64,000 nt of DNA from Octopus vulgaris (lineage: Eukaryota). Numbering within the stretch: the stretch's first letter is position 1; each line of letters opens with the position of its first letter. Where the stretch lies: positions 26,722,001 through 26,786,000 of the forward strand of contig OX597816.1 of assembly GCA_951406725.2 (NCBI GenBank), written 5' to 3'. The notes under the pieces are model-generated. The model ran no database searches and was not told the origin of the DNA. It was given only the letters and a program-made list of their open reading frames with translations. Below are positions 50,452 through 64,000 of this stretch, one piece after another. The position numbers were made by a program, and so were the translations under genes.

Positions 50452-50985
50452 TTAGTTAGTTAGTTAGTTAATTTTTTGGCTCAAAAAGCAAAAAGCAAGG
50501 CCATGTAAGGGGACATGGAGTTATGTACAGTGAGGGTGTTCATGCAAAGAGTTCAGGCCATTTCTGGTCAAGAGAGACTTTGAACCGAGTGGTCGTCAGC
50601 ATCTTCACTATCTCGTCCAGCAGCTTATTCCACGGATCCGCAACCCGGACGGAGAAAGCCCCTCTCCTTCGATTGAGATGAAATCGTCGCAGATAGAGCT
50701 TTTCGGAGTGACCCCGCAGCCGACGCTCTGGAGCAGGAGTGAAGAACAGCTCTTTGAAGAGGTTACACTTTCCGCTTATGATGTTGTGAGCGAGAATGAG
50801 ATCACCATGGCGGCGGCGTTTTTCTAGGGAATAAAGGTCAAGCGTCTTCAGCCTTTCTTCATCAGATAAATGCTTGAGACCAAGAACCATGCGAGTAGCC
50901 AGCTTCTGGACTCTTTTGAGATGATGTATGTCTTTGAGGAGATAAGGAAAAGAGGCTTGAATCCCGTACTCCAATATGGGTCTTG
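50452..50985 (-). mobile_element. CR1-clade LINE 3' fragment with (TAAC)n tail
   Basis: RPILEYG..PYLLKDIHHLKRVQKLATR..LYSLEKRRRHGDLI..FSVRVADPWNKL. Confidence 0.85.
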
Positions 50986-53900
50986 AGTGATATCCCAACA
51001 CAGCAAGGCTCTTTAACATATATTTTCATCCTTGGTTTAATAATTTATATTTTAGTGATTTTATTTCACATTTAATTCATCAAACGTAGGGATTTGTTGT
51101 ATTTTAGGTTTGAAATTATCTTTGCTGGTTCTTTGATAGCGTTAAAGTTTCTGGTATAATCTAATTAGTTATCCTCCTGTAATCTGAATGTAGATGGAAG
51201 CACTCCGTCAGTTACGACGACGAGGGTTCCGGTTGATCCGATCAACGGAACAGCCTGCTCGTGAAATTAACGTGTAAGTGGCTGAGCACTCCACAGACGC
51301 GTGTACCCTTAACGTAGTTCTCGGGGATATTCAGCGTGACACAGAGAGTGACAAGGCCGGCCCTTTGAAATACAGGTACAATAGAAACAGGAAGTAAGAG
51401 TGAGAGAAAGTTGTGGTGAAAGAGTACAGCAGGGATCACCACCATCCCTGCCGGAGCCTCGTGGAGCTTTTAGGTGTTTTCGCTCAATAAACACTCACAA
51501 TGCCCGTTCTGGGAATCGAAACCGCGATCCTAAGACCGCGAGTCCGCTGCCCTAACCACTGGGCCATTGCGCCTCCACAATCTGTATGTATGCAAATGGA
51601 CATATGCATTCATACTCGTCTTCTATATTTTTCTTATTTTAATCTCTATCTTGGATAATGTTGATAAGCAAGATGACCGAGTTCATGTATATATAGTTCT
51701 CTCTCTCTCTCTCTCATATTTTTAATTCTTCATTTCAATTTTTGTTTTTAAATGTTTTTATTAGTAATCTGCCAGTTACCCTCTTTGCACAAAAGTGTGA
51801 ACCTGTGCAGACATGCACTTGTATGTGTGTGATACAAAATAAAAACAACTTTATTACTATGATTTCTTAGTAGAAATGTTCACTATTTCGGCAAATATCA
51901 ACTATTTCATGTTCTTTGGCGAGCCAGTCTTTCTCTTTCATCTCAATATCTTTTTCTATATAAATATAATTAATGAAAAATTTCTCATAAAATTCATTTA
52001 AACTATCTTTTTGAAGAGGAAGAAATATTTAAAATGATTCTGGTCATGAAACTTTTAATGGTAAAAATGAAAATTTTTTTTGTAAAAAAAAAAAAAAACC
52101 ATAAAAAGTTTTAAAAAAATTATTTTTTATTCTTTTACACATCTATTGGTTAAACAATGATGATGAAAACAAATGAAATAAAAAAAGAAGTAAAAGAAAA
52201 ATGTTTCTCAGATTTTTTTAAAACTTCTTTCTTGAGTTTGAAATAAAATAAACTAGTGAAATGGTGACAACAGATTTAAATACCAACTTTCACAACATGG
52301 AAATAATTATAGAGATGTACTCGCATAGCAAGTGATTTGATTTGAGATCGTGTGCTGGAACGAAAACAATTGCAGCGTGGAAGGTGTTTGTAAGCCATTT
52401 AAGAAACACACAAAAGCCGTTCGATTCACTTCAACATTTAAGTTTAATTTGTCAAAATATTTTCGTCGCTAAAATCCGCGACCATTTTTATAAACATAAT
52501 CAAGGTAGCAAGCTGGCAGAATTGTTACAATACCGAGCAAAATTCTTCGCTGCATTTCGTCTGTATTTACTTTCTAAGTTCAAATTCTGCTGAGATCAAC
52601 TTTACCTTTCTTTCATCCTCGGGTGAGTGGGGACTGGGGGGGGGGGGGTCAATAAAATAAGAACCAGTCAAGTACTGGTGATGATGTAATCGACTCCCCC
52701 TCCTTCCCACAAAAACTGCTGACCCTGTGCCAGAATTTGAAATCAATGTTAGAAACTTGATTCATCATCATCATCGTTTAACGTCCATTTTCCATGCTAG
52801 CATGGGTTGGACGGTTCGACCGGGGATCTGGGAAGCCAGAAGGCTACACCAAGCTCCAGTCTGTTCTGGCAGTGTTTCTACAGCTGGATGCCCTTCCTAA
52901 CGCCAACCACTCCGTGAGTGTAGTGGGTGCTTTTTACATGCCACCTGCACAGGTGCCAGGCGAGGCTGGCAACGGCCATGATCAGATTGGTGCATTTTAC
53001 GTGCCACCGGCACGGAAGCCAGTCAAGGCGGCGCTGGCATCGGCCACGATTTGGATGGTGCTTTTTACGTGCCACCAGCATGGAAGTCAGTCAAGGCGGC
53101 GCTGGCATCGGCCACGATTCGGATAGTGCTTTTTACGTGCCACTGGCACGGAAGCCAGTCTAGGCTGATTATGAATGATTAATCATTAGTTATATTATTC
53201 GTTTTATTATTGCTGAAGACTGGCTCTTTGGATTTATTTACACCACATTCATGGTAGATAGTCACTGTTTATTCTTTCTAATTCCACTCGATTTCAACTG
53301 GAAGAGGTCATTGCAAGAGAGTAACATCAACCATCTCAGTTTAGTAACGATAATATCTAATAAATAAATAAACCTAAAGAAAAGGATAAAGGAGAAAAGT
53401 ATTTTTAGTTTTAAAACATGTATCAAATGTATTAGGGAGATTTAAATATTTCTACATAAATCAAATAGTCTATACCTTGTGTGGTGTCCTCTATAATTAT
53501 TTTTGTTAGTCCAGCTTCATTGTGTAATCTAAATAAAATTTTGAAGAAAGTAGTCCTGCATTCCCATCTTAGACCGAGTCCATTTCATTGCATTGCCAAA
53601 GTACTTGAAAAGGCATAATGCCACAACTTAATATTTCTTCTTTCTTCATTGTTCGACTATAAGGATAATCCCATTTTTATTTCTAACATGAGTGTAGCTA
53701 ATACTGTGCTATCCAATGTGTTCTGCTGAAAATAGCAGCAGAATTTCCTTCCAATCACACTCTGCTATCTTAAGCAAGTCAAGATAATTCTACATATGCT
53801 TAAAATGATGGTTGGAATGTCTTGGTTGGACATAGATCTTCTCAAGTGGGATTGAACTGGGAATTAACAATGCCACTGTAATTCCATCAGCATAAAAGAA

Positions 53901-54005
53901 ATAAGGAAATTTCAAACTCAAAAGCCTCAGACTTGACAAAATCACAAATATGCACTTAGATTCCTTACAGTTGGAAAGAATTATTACGCACAATATCTTC
54001 AACTG

Positions 54006-54055
<50 letters not shown>

Positions 54056-54779
54056 TCGGAGAGGCACTGAGCAGCTATACGCACACATACACACACGGCA
54101 GTAACTCCTGCCTACCGAATTCAATCACAAAGCTCAGGGCTATAGTGGAAGACACCTACCCAAAGTGCCACACAGTGGGACTGAACCCGAAACCATGTAG
54201 TTAGGAAGCAAGCTCCCTAACCATACAGCCATAATTTCACAAAATTTCAAAACTGCAAAACAAAAACAACGATGACCCAATAAAAACAGCATTACCCAGA
54301 TCCCTTACCATACCATGTACACACTCAGATCACTGATCCACACATCCCTTTTTCCAAGTTGCAATATGGATTCCACTCAACTACGAAACCTCACACAAAG
54401 ACGACAGCTTCAAGACAATTTAGCTTAATATATCCAGTATCTGCAATTTACCACACTCACTCTAGTTAACATATGCTGATACTTATCTGTCCACACGACA
54501 AAACATAAGCACATCTTTAAATGCAGGTAACAGTTACCTCTTTTATTCCATTGCTACAATCACAAAACTATTTCAACTCCATATTCACCAGATTGCAAAC
54601 AATAGACTAAAAGTGGCACCTAACAAATTCACAATCTCCTTTCTTACTGATATTATTAAGGAATATCCGAAGCAATCAACTATCATATTCAACATCACAG
54701 ACAAGTGGAAAATGTTCTGAATCATATACAACATTCACAACACACTTAGAAGACTGTAAAGAGAGGAAACAATGCACAT

Positions 54780-54957
54780 ACATATTTAGGCTGCTCACAA
54801 TTGAGATGAAGTCTTATGTACATAGGGTACTCACAGTTGAGACGAAGTGTATAAACAATGTTAGAATATGCATACTTAGGGTACTCACAATTGAGACGAA
54901 GTCTCATATACATATTTAGGGTACTTAGTTGAGACGAAGTCTATAAACAATGTTAGT
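54780..54957. repeat. Degenerate tandem repeat (tagggtactcacaattgagacgaagtc, 4 units)
   Basis: Direct inspection; two-unit higher-order structure. Confidence 0.8.
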
Positions 54958-57351
54958 ATGTTAGATTCATCCCATATTATGCCAGTTCTGCTAGCTAACC
55001 AAGAATCTTCTGCAAAGCACCTGTCTTCTCTCGAACCGCTATACTGCATCTTCATTTATGGCCATGTCTTCGTGATAAACTGCATGGAAATTTCCATTCA
55101 AATCACACGATCATACGAATGCATCTGAAATAGAACTCACTGAAATGTAGGCTAAAATCAGTAGATATGCCGTAACCTTCGTCGGTCACAGGCTGACATG
55201 ATTTCAAATGTCAAGTACTGCTGCAAATACTCTTTTGTTGGAAGACATGCAAACGAAAATAATTAAAAAGAATGAATGCTTTTGAGACCAAAATGTGCAG
55301 AAAAAGTTGAATGCCCTTAAGTGGACATATTAATGCCAAAGACTGGTAGCGAAAACCATTAGAAAGCAAAAGAACAATGTGTGATGCGTGCATAGTGGTG
55401 GGTACAAAATATGGCAAGAAAAAATAGCATGGACAGTATGCGCAAAAATCAAATGCAAACCTAGAATGAGGCTTCATGCAGAAAGGTATCCATAGAAAAC
55501 TTAGGGGCAGAAATGCTATCAGCATGAATAAACCATGCAGGTAAATGTATGCGAAAGATATATTTCGTTATTGCCCACAAGGGGCTAAACATAGAGGGGA
55601 CAAACAAGGACAGTCAAAGGGATTAAGTCGATTCCATCGATCCCCAGTGCGTAACTGGTACTTTATCGACCCCGAAAGGATGAAAGGCAAAGTCGACCTC
55701 GGCGGAATTTGAACTCACAATGTAACGACAGACGAAATACGGCTACGCATTTCGCCCGGCCTGCTAATGTTTCTGCCAGCTCGCCACCTTTGTATACGAA
55801 AGATAATGTACATAGGATAGAGAAAGAATACATGAGTACGGGAAAAAAACCTGAAGTTTAAAACATTAATAAGCAATACAACAAAAAAAAAAGATGAAAA
55901 TATCAAACAAAAGCAAAGGTATGCAACTGTAAATGACAGAAAATAAAACGCATTGTCCATATTCAGAATTCGCGGATACTAAATGGTACTGAACTGCTAA
56001 AAACATGCTGAGAAAAGTGTTCATGTAGTATCTTTGAAAGTCAAAATATAGTGTTTATGTATGGAAACTGTAAGATTGATGCTGGATGCACTGAGCCAGG
56101 TAACTTGCTCTAACTTTATGTACAACGTGATCATAGAGAGATGTTATAGAGGAAAACGGAGGTGTTGCCGGAAGAGAGAGTGCAGAAAGCACGGTTTGTG
56201 TTTTTGTGTGTAAAACTGCTCAGAGAATATGTATTTCTTTATTGCCCACAAGGGGCTAAACATAGAGGGGACAGACAAAGGGATTAAGTCGATTACATCG
56301 ACCCCCACCCCCACCCCAGTGCGAAACTGGTACTTCATTTATCGACCCTGAAAGGATGAAAGGTAAAGTTGACCTTGGTGGAATTTGAACTCAGAACGTA
56401 ACGACAGACGAAATACCGCTAAGCATTTCACCCGGCGCGCTAACGAGTCTGCCAGCTCGCCGCCTTCAACTGCTCAGAGAATATGGCATGCATGTGACTA
56501 GATGTATGGACAGGTATAGGTTTGTATGTCTTTTATGCTAACAAGAAAAAGTACAGCAAAAATTAAGTAACTTGAGAAAACTGCAAACATTTATGCGAAA
56601 ACCATTGCAAGAAAACAGTGAGTACTTGTCTGCTAGAGAGAATGAAACTCCATGCAGAAATACGTTCATGCATGTTTGGCAAGAAGTGATATATGTTTGT
56701 GCTGGAAGGTCTTGTGTTTGTGGTAGGCTAAGTGATTCTTTTTAATCCAAAGTCGACCGGCACGGCTAACCAAGAATCGTTTGTGAAAATCTTGCCTTCT
56801 TTTGAATCCCTACACTGTTTGTCCCGTGCGTCTCCATTAATGGCCATGTTTTTGACGAAAAACTGCACGGAAATTTCCATTCAAATCACGCGATCAAATG
56901 AATGCACTTGAAATATGACAGGCTAAAATCAGTTGATATGTCGTGACCTGTTACGGGGCTGATGCGGTTTCAAATGCCAATAGTATTCAACTGCCCAATA
57001 TTTTTCCTGGGTCTGTTGATATGTTTTCTTTAATAAGAAGTGGCCCATTTTCGTTGTATTTTCCCTCTACCGTTGATCACTATTACTTCTATCTGTTGGT
57101 GAACGATAAAACAATACAGTAAGACATTGAATAATCAGAATTTGGATGCTTCAGCTCAGAATTTTTTAGTAGCTTGGTCAATCATGCGTAACATCAAATC
57201 GATAGGTTTCATACCGTGTCATATCATATAGGGGTCGTTGCAGTTCAACAATTGTAGAATCGGTTAGCTGTGATCTGGTTTACTTTTTTTTATCTGGCTG
57301 CGTTCTGCTACTAGACAAAATCCACTGCGATATTTCGATTTTAGTAACATG

Positions 57352-57763
57352 GGATCTTTTCGGTTTAAATGGCAGTTTTTTCTAGCAGTGTCATATGAAA
57401 TTGTCACCCATAATTATGACCCTAGTATCGATCTATTGCATTTCAATCTGTTTTAGGGCTAGGGTTAGGGGTGGGGGGAAGGGTATCTTTTTTTCTTCAC
57501 AAATGGAAATAAACCCAATCTGTTTCTTAAACGAGGGACATATTCATACGGCACAGAATGTTTTTTTTTACCTCAATAGACGTCATTGATTGGTTGAAAT
57601 TGCAGAAATTGAAGAAAAACATATGTTACAAACTATAGAATTTTCTCAATAAAGCCAAGAGAAAAAGATGTTTTATAAACACATTCTACCAGTATACGAA
57701 GTTTAAAAGTGTTTAGTTACCGAGAAATTATGTTAGAAACTGCCATTCAAACTGAAAAGATCC
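57352..57763 (+). mobile_element. Merlin-like MITE, copy 4 (24-bp flanking duplication)
   Basis: Same TIRs; cgatatttcgattttagtaacatg on both sides. Confidence 0.82.
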
Positions 57764-57953
57764 CGATATTTCGATTTTAGTAACATGTTTATTTACAGGG
57801 AGATGTTACAATAGTTTCTTTACACAAGTTGTTATACCGAGAAAAGATGTTGATTTGCGCTTGGAGAGTAGAGAAAATATATGCTTTGGGCGTGGAGAAA
57901 ATGTTATGCTCGGTGAGAGATGAGAATAATGTATACTTCGAAAAGGAGTTCTT

Positions 57954-58359
57954 GGATCTTTTCGGTTTGAACGGCAGTTTTTAACATAATTTCTAGGTAA
58001 CTAAAAAATTTTAAACTTCGTATACTGGTAGAATGTGTTTATAAAACATCTTTTTCTCTTGGCTTTATTGAGAAAATTCTATAGTTTGTAACATATTTGT
58101 TGTTTTTTTTTCTTCAATTTCTGCAATTTCAACCAATCAATGATGTCTATTGAGGTAAAAATACATTCTGTGCCGTATGAATATGTGCCTCGTTTAAGAA
58201 ACAGATTGGGTTTATTTACATTTGTGAAGAAAAATAGATACCCTACCCCTAACCCTAAAACAGATTGAAATGCAATAGATCGATACTAGGGTCATAATTA
58301 TGGGTGACAATTTCATATGACACCGCTAGAAAAAACTGCCGTTCAAACCGAAAAGATCC
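57954..58359 (-). mobile_element. Merlin-like MITE, copy 5
   Basis: 8-bp TSD GAGTTCTT. Confidence 0.82.
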
Positions 58360-58816
58360 GAGTTCTTTTAACATGAAGTCAGAGTGGCATGACTGCCGGT
58401 TGACCAAGAAAATATCTACCATCCCCTAACTTGTACCATCCCACGCATCTTCACTTTATAACCATGATTTGGCGCGAAACCTCATGGGATTTTTCATTTG
58501 ATCGCGCCACCATTCAAATGCACCAGAACAACGACTGAATGAAATATGGGCCAAGATAACCTGATGGGTCGTGGCCTTCATCCATTGCTGGACTGACAAG
58601 GTTTTAAATGCTAAGCTCTGCTGAAATACTTTACACATCTCTTTTCTCTATTTCCTAAATACCAAAGGAAACTAGGCCCCTTTTGATCTTACTGATATAA
58701 TGCTTCAATAAACAGATTAAACATCACATGGTTTATGAACACAAGCTAAAAACATAACAGTATGTAAAAGATTTCAACAACGCTATTCAAGGTAAAGTTT
58801 ACGTGTTTGTGAGAAT

Positions 58817-59226
58817 GGATCTTTTCGGTTTGAACGGCAGTTTTTAAAAAATAATTTCCACGTAACTAAACACTTTTAAACTTCCTATACTGGTAGATTG
58901 TGTTTATAAAACATCATTTTCTCTTGGCTTTATTGAGAAAATTCTATAGTTTGTAACATATTTGTTGTTTTTTTCTTCAATTTCAACCAATCACTGACAT
59001 CCATTGAGGTAAAAATACATTCTGTGCCATATGAATATGTCCCTCGTTTAAGAAACAGATTGGGTTTATTTACATTTGTGAAGAAAAAAAGATACCCTTC
59101 CCCCCATCCCTAACCCTAACCCTAAAACAGATTGAAATGCAATAGATCGATTCTAGGGTCATAATTATGGGTGACAATTTCATATGACACCGCTAGAAAA
59201 AACTGCTGTTCAAACCGAAAAGATCC
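58817..59226 (-). mobile_element. Merlin-like MITE, copy 6 (no TSD)
   Basis: Intact TIRs; flanks gtgagaat / aaattttt do not match. Confidence 0.8.
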
Positions 59227-60889
59227 AAATTTTTTTACATAGTGTTATTTGTGTATTACAAAGTCAAGTGAATTTTTGTTTTGTATTAATATGTGTTACC
59301 AGAATTGGCCTAAACTAAAGAGATAAGGCAACTGCGTGATCCATTCCGCTAGGACGTGCCTCGCAGTAAGACTGTCCAAAAGAGAATAGTTCATATAGAA
59401 AAGTGAAGATTATTGAAGTGTCGTTTTGTTCTAGTGTCATCCATGTGTCAGTGGGTCATAGCATTGAAGTAGAATTTGTAAGAATAGGGCATTGCCAAAA
59501 TATTTTTCATTGAACTTAACATATCTCGTATTTTAAGACAGCTAAAAAGAGTCGATTCTGTTCTCTGTTGTCGCTGCCTGGGTAACTATGTAAAGAGAAA
59601 AGTAGACCTAATGGCATTTGTACTCAAAACATAAATGGATACGCCTAAATATGGCATATTTCACACATCACATTGTCTTTTTCAGCTACTCATCCCCCTG
59701 ATTCAAGACATAAATAAATTGTATCATGGCTTTGGGCTTGAAACTTAGGCATAACTTATACAGCTGAAACGTGTCCTTGTTTACAGGGCAATGTCCTATT
59801 ATCATGAATTTCGCACCGAACAAAAATAGAATAAGTATAGATTGCATAATCTACATTTTTTCTATTTTCGTTCTTTTTATATCATACTAGCAAACGCACC
59901 CGTCCTTTGGACGGTTTAAGTTGCTTTGGTGGTATTTTTTCCACCAAATAATTGAACTACCGAGAAGGTTTATGAATAACACTGCAATCTATGTTTTCGA
60001 TTAACCTAGGAACAGAAAACCAAACTGAAGGCTGGTTATTGTGGAGGTCGTTGCACTTTAATGATCATAGAACATATAAGAATCCAAGTGATGCAAAGCA
60101 GAGCTATTGAAGTGTTTTGGGAGTAGATTACAGATAATGATTACAAAATATAGTTCTTTTACATGAAAGCAAAATTTCTTGTAAGAAACAGTCACATAAA
60201 TGGTGTAAAGAAATTGAAGGAAGACGTTGAAACTTCCCCTTTGTTAGTTTATTTTATTCAACAGCAAAGGGAGCTATTTTTTCAGAGAGAAGTATGATTG
60301 GTACATTCAAAAGTGGCAATATAATACCTAGTTGAAAAACTAGAGTTAAAGGAATGTATTTGCTATGTGTTTACAGCGTACGACCACTTTGAAATTGACT
60401 TCAGGTAATGAAGACGTGAAGAGTTTGACTTCAGTTCACGAATACTACTTTGAATCTTCAGCACTTCGCAGTGAAAATATATGGATGAGTAAATAAGCAT
60501 CCTTAAAGTGAAATAACGCATTGGTGGGTAAACAAAGGGTGTCAACAAATAGAAGAAGAGGAAAAGATCCGTGTTTATTCGTTTCTTGCCTGATTTCTTT
60601 TGGATTTGTATCGTTGTGTATTTTACTCTTTTACTCTTTTAGTTGTTTCAGTCATTTGACTGTGGCCATGCTGGAGCACTGCCTTTAATCAGGCAAATCG
60701 ATCCCAGGGCTTATTCTTTGTAGGCCTAGTACTTATTCTCTTGGTCTCTTTTTAGCTGTTACGGGGATGTAAACACACCAGCATCGGTTGTCAAGCGATG
60801 TTGGGGGGACAAACACAGACACACAAGCATATATATATTTATATACACATACATATATACGACGGGCTTCTTTCAGTTTCCGTGTATGC

Positions 60890-62834
60890 TTCATTTTTTT
60901 TTTTTTTTTTCGGTTGTCATTTCCCATCTCATGTACATTTATTGTGCCGACTGCCAAGAATTCCCCTTCTGGGATGTCTACCTGTTGTTGGGCATGTACG
61001 TCTTTTTGTCTTCTCTTTTCACTCCTCTTTGGGGCTTGTATTTGTGAGATTTTGTTAATCTACACATTTTTTCTGGTGGTTGGGGTTTCTGGTCATTGAA
61101 CTCACGCTCTGCACCACAGTACTGGCATGTTCTCTGCTTGTGGATATGTTTCATCCTATGTCTAGAGATATCTACACTATTGCCCATTGTATTTGCTTGA
61201 AAGGTAAGTGAGGCCATTTGTTTTGTAGTAGCTTCAAATGCTCTCGCAATGTTTACTGCTTCTATCAACTGGAGAGCTTTCTTACCTATGAAGGTTTTTT
61301 TAACTTCTTGGTGAGCACCCCACCCCCCACCATATGAGTTGATCAACAATCCTTTTGTCCTTATCTTTGAATCTGCATTTCTCGGCAACATTCTTTAGAA
61401 TAGACAGGAAGTTATCAATCGTTTCTTGTGGGTCTTGTTTTATGCCCTGGAATTCGTACCTATGAATTCTGTGGCTTGATCTGGGCTCTAGGTGTCTTTC
61501 AAATTTCCCTAAAAGTGTGTCTGGATTACTGCAATCCGATTCTGACATGTTCCAACTATTGAATAGGTCTAAACCCTTCTCTCCCGTCCATAAAAGGATG
61601 TAGCTTACCTTTTCGTCAGCGGTTGTACCTTTCCGGAAGCTTTTGAAAATCAACTGACTTTTCTGTTTGAATTTCTCGAACGCTTCCGCGACATCATCAG
61701 CGTTCAAGTTCATGGTCGGATGTAGATTCATCTGTACGGCGACGGGGCCCGCCCTTTCGGATACTCATGTGTGTCCGAAGACGAAGCGATATTCACTTTG
61801 TAGGGATACGACCGTACGTAAAAGAGTTGGTGACAGAAATGTCTCCTTTTTAACGCCGCACGGTCGTCCCACAGAATAAGAAGCCAAAATACATGGTATA
61901 AAGAATAAGTGCCAAAAGGAATAATGAAGACGACAACCGTTCTGCTGTTTGAAAGAAAGATAGACTTTATTTACAGTAGTGTACAATAGGATAAAGTATG
62001 GGTGCTAGCGGAGTGGAGTGCCTGAGTGCGTACGACAAGTGTTTGTGTCTGTGAGTTCGTGTGTGCGATAGAAGTACAAGCAAGGTATATGCATGTGAAA
62101 CAGAATACAATACAGAGCATAGAATGAGTCTCTCAGGATATTTCAGACAAGATGGAGTTAATTTACCAGTTCGTAGTAAGGTTACACAATAGTTGTAGTC
62201 CTGTAAAAGAGGTTGAGGTCACGAGGCAGTACCGGTTACTACACGTGCAGAAGTTGTGGTTATTATGCCGTGCCGGGTTACTTGATACAGGAATCTCGCT
62301 GGTAGACTGGAGCTGTTCACCTTGGTGAATATTCACAACAGCGTGGAGTTTAAACCTGAGCGAGTTGCTGTGTACGTATTGGTGTTGCTGGAGATGAAGC
62401 CGACGGAGATGGAGACGTCCTGTGTTGCTGGTGTATGTTAGCGTCGTTGTCGGTTGGAGCAGGAACATGGCTGGCTGGCTGGTCGTCGCTGTTTGTCACT
62501 GGAACTGGCTGAGTCGCTCTGTGGTCAGAGGTTAGTCCTGAGAAGGACTGGAACCTAAGACCGGTGTTGCTGGAACATGGTTGAGTCGCTCTGTGGTCAG
62601 AGGTTAGTCCTTGGAAGGACTAGAACCAAAGACGAGAAATAGTGAAATGTAGCAGTCCATTGGGGGACGATGCTACTGTTGTTTATAGCCCCAGGAGGAC
62701 ATCTCCTCCAGCTGGCAAATAACACACTGCCTGTGTCTGCTTAGTAGCTTAGTATTTGCGAAGGGAAATCATCGTTTCTATCTCTAGCCTTACGGGATAC
62801 ACACAGACCCGGGTTTCTAGGTAGTAACCCATCA
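60890..62834 (-). mobile_element. Gypsy-like LTR retrotransposon remnant: putative LTR (61799-62834) plus frameshifted gag
   Basis: ORFs 61300-61731 and 60978-61391 are gag-like (ILLWTGEKGLDLFNSW, RYEF..KQ..ETIDNF..L..AEKC.F, CQYCG); upstream segment has TG...CA ends, TATAAA and AATAAA on minus; no PBS or pol seen. Confidence 0.7.
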
Positions 62835-62836
62835 GT

Positions 62837-62882
<46 letters not shown>

Positions 62883-63179
62883 AGTGTGTGATATATTGAT
62901 ATATATTCAATATTATCTGGGTAATAACCTCATGACATGCATTTAAAAGCTTCTATACTGTTGTCAGCTATTATATACCATCATGCAGCAAAGTTATTTC
63001 CTGAGCTGGAGCAAATCTACCCAATGAAGTTCCGGCACATAGTTGTTGCTGAATCATATTATTTATGTAATTATTCATACAATTCTTTTTGTGTAATGTA
63101 TGAGAATGAAAGCTCAGCAACGTAAAGCTGGTGACGCAGCACAGAAACAAATGTTGCAATTTCTTAGCAAAGCCTGTTT

Positions 63180-63505
63180 TTTTTTTTTCCATCTTCCTGT
63201 TGTTTAGCAGGTATTGCTTGGGTGATACAATACGGCATTCGAAGGCCATCTGCACTGATCTCAGGCCTCTACCGCCTTCATTTCTTCTTAAGTAGAGCCG
63301 GTCAACATCCCTGATTCTGTGGAAGTTCCCAGTTGTTGTCAGGATTTTGCGAGTTTTGAGTGGATTTCCTCTGCGGACCAATCAAGTATCCCAAATGTTG
63401 GGATCAGTACTGGTACTGCAAATGCACTTTGGGATATTGTTTTGTTGTAAGAGGAGAGTTCCGGCTGCCATATTTTCCTAACTCTGGTGTAATATTCTCG
63501 GGTCA
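63180..63505 (-). mobile_element. R4/Dong-like non-LTR RT C-terminal fragment
   Basis: EYYTRVRKIW..ELSSYNK..FAVPVL..FGILDW and DVDRLYLRRNEGGRGL motifs. Confidence 0.7.
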
Positions 63506-63512
63506 CTCTTTA

Positions 63513-64000
63513 CCGTAAATCCATGAGAATAATCCGCATTTTCCCCCAAAATTTAAAGGTCAAAATCTCTAGTGCGTAATATATACGAGGTTAAAAATGA
63601 AAAATATTTTCTAAGTAATGTTCGAGTCTCTATTTGCTGTCCGGCAATTTTTATTCAGATGCATTTTGTGATGTCGGGCGCAAAAATACCTTAAGCTAAG
63701 CCCGAAAGCAATGAAGTCATAAAAGAATCATCCATAACTTGCAGTAAGCAACATTTATTAAACGTTATTACTGTTATTACTTTATTTTCTACAAACAAAA
63801 TGCACGAAAAAAAGCTATACGTTTGCATTGTTATATAAACAATAATAATAAAGGACGTTACCCTATACATTTTTACAAACCAAGGACGTTATATAGACCT
63901 CCTTGATTCAAGTTAGAGAAGGGGGGCGTATTATACACAAGGTTTAAGTTTTTCAGAGGTACAGCCCCCTAAAAATCCCCTGCGTATTATACTCAAGGGC
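63513..64000. mobile_element. Probable Tc1/pogo-type non-autonomous DNA element, runs off the window
   Basis: TA|CCGTAAAT start and repeated gcgtattatac subterminal motifs; second terminus not visible. Confidence 0.5.

Noticed and set aside
54780-54957. Short interspaced repeats resembling a CRISPR array
   Set aside because: Spacers are themselves repeated and short, no cas genes, eukaryotic context
61828-61840. TGGTGACAGAA as LTR primer-binding site
   Set aside because: Wrong strand relative to gag and lies inside the putative LTR
62163-62468. 101-aa ORF as an accessory gene
   Set aside because: Lies in the putative LTR, low complexity, no recognisable motif

Overview
AT-rich, repeat-dense animal genomic DNA. 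The SINE, Helitron and microsatellite landscape suggests a coleoid cephalopod (Octopus-like); this is an inference. The ORF track is mostly noise. Reading splice sites by hand reconstructs a 12-coding-exon, phase-consistent plus-strand gene (6512-44622, 1371 nt, 456 aa). Its product has an N-terminal membrane anchor and a GalT/HIT-superfamily fold, with a hydrolase-type HPHMH triad in place of GalT HPHxQ. Intron 3 of this gene holds one intact antisense exon of an ABCA3-like transporter, inside an 8.7-kb Helitron-rich segment bracketed by a ~183-bp direct repeat. The rest is mobile DNA: CRE, RTE, CR1 and R4 LINE remnants (one RTE with a twin-priming 5' inversion), a Gypsy LTR/gag remnant, mariner, piggyBac, hAT and Merlin-like elements, non-autonomous Helitrons, four SINE families, and inverted Penelope-like fragments carrying hammerhead-ribozyme-like motifs that show three different Watson-Crick versions of the 3-8 core pair.
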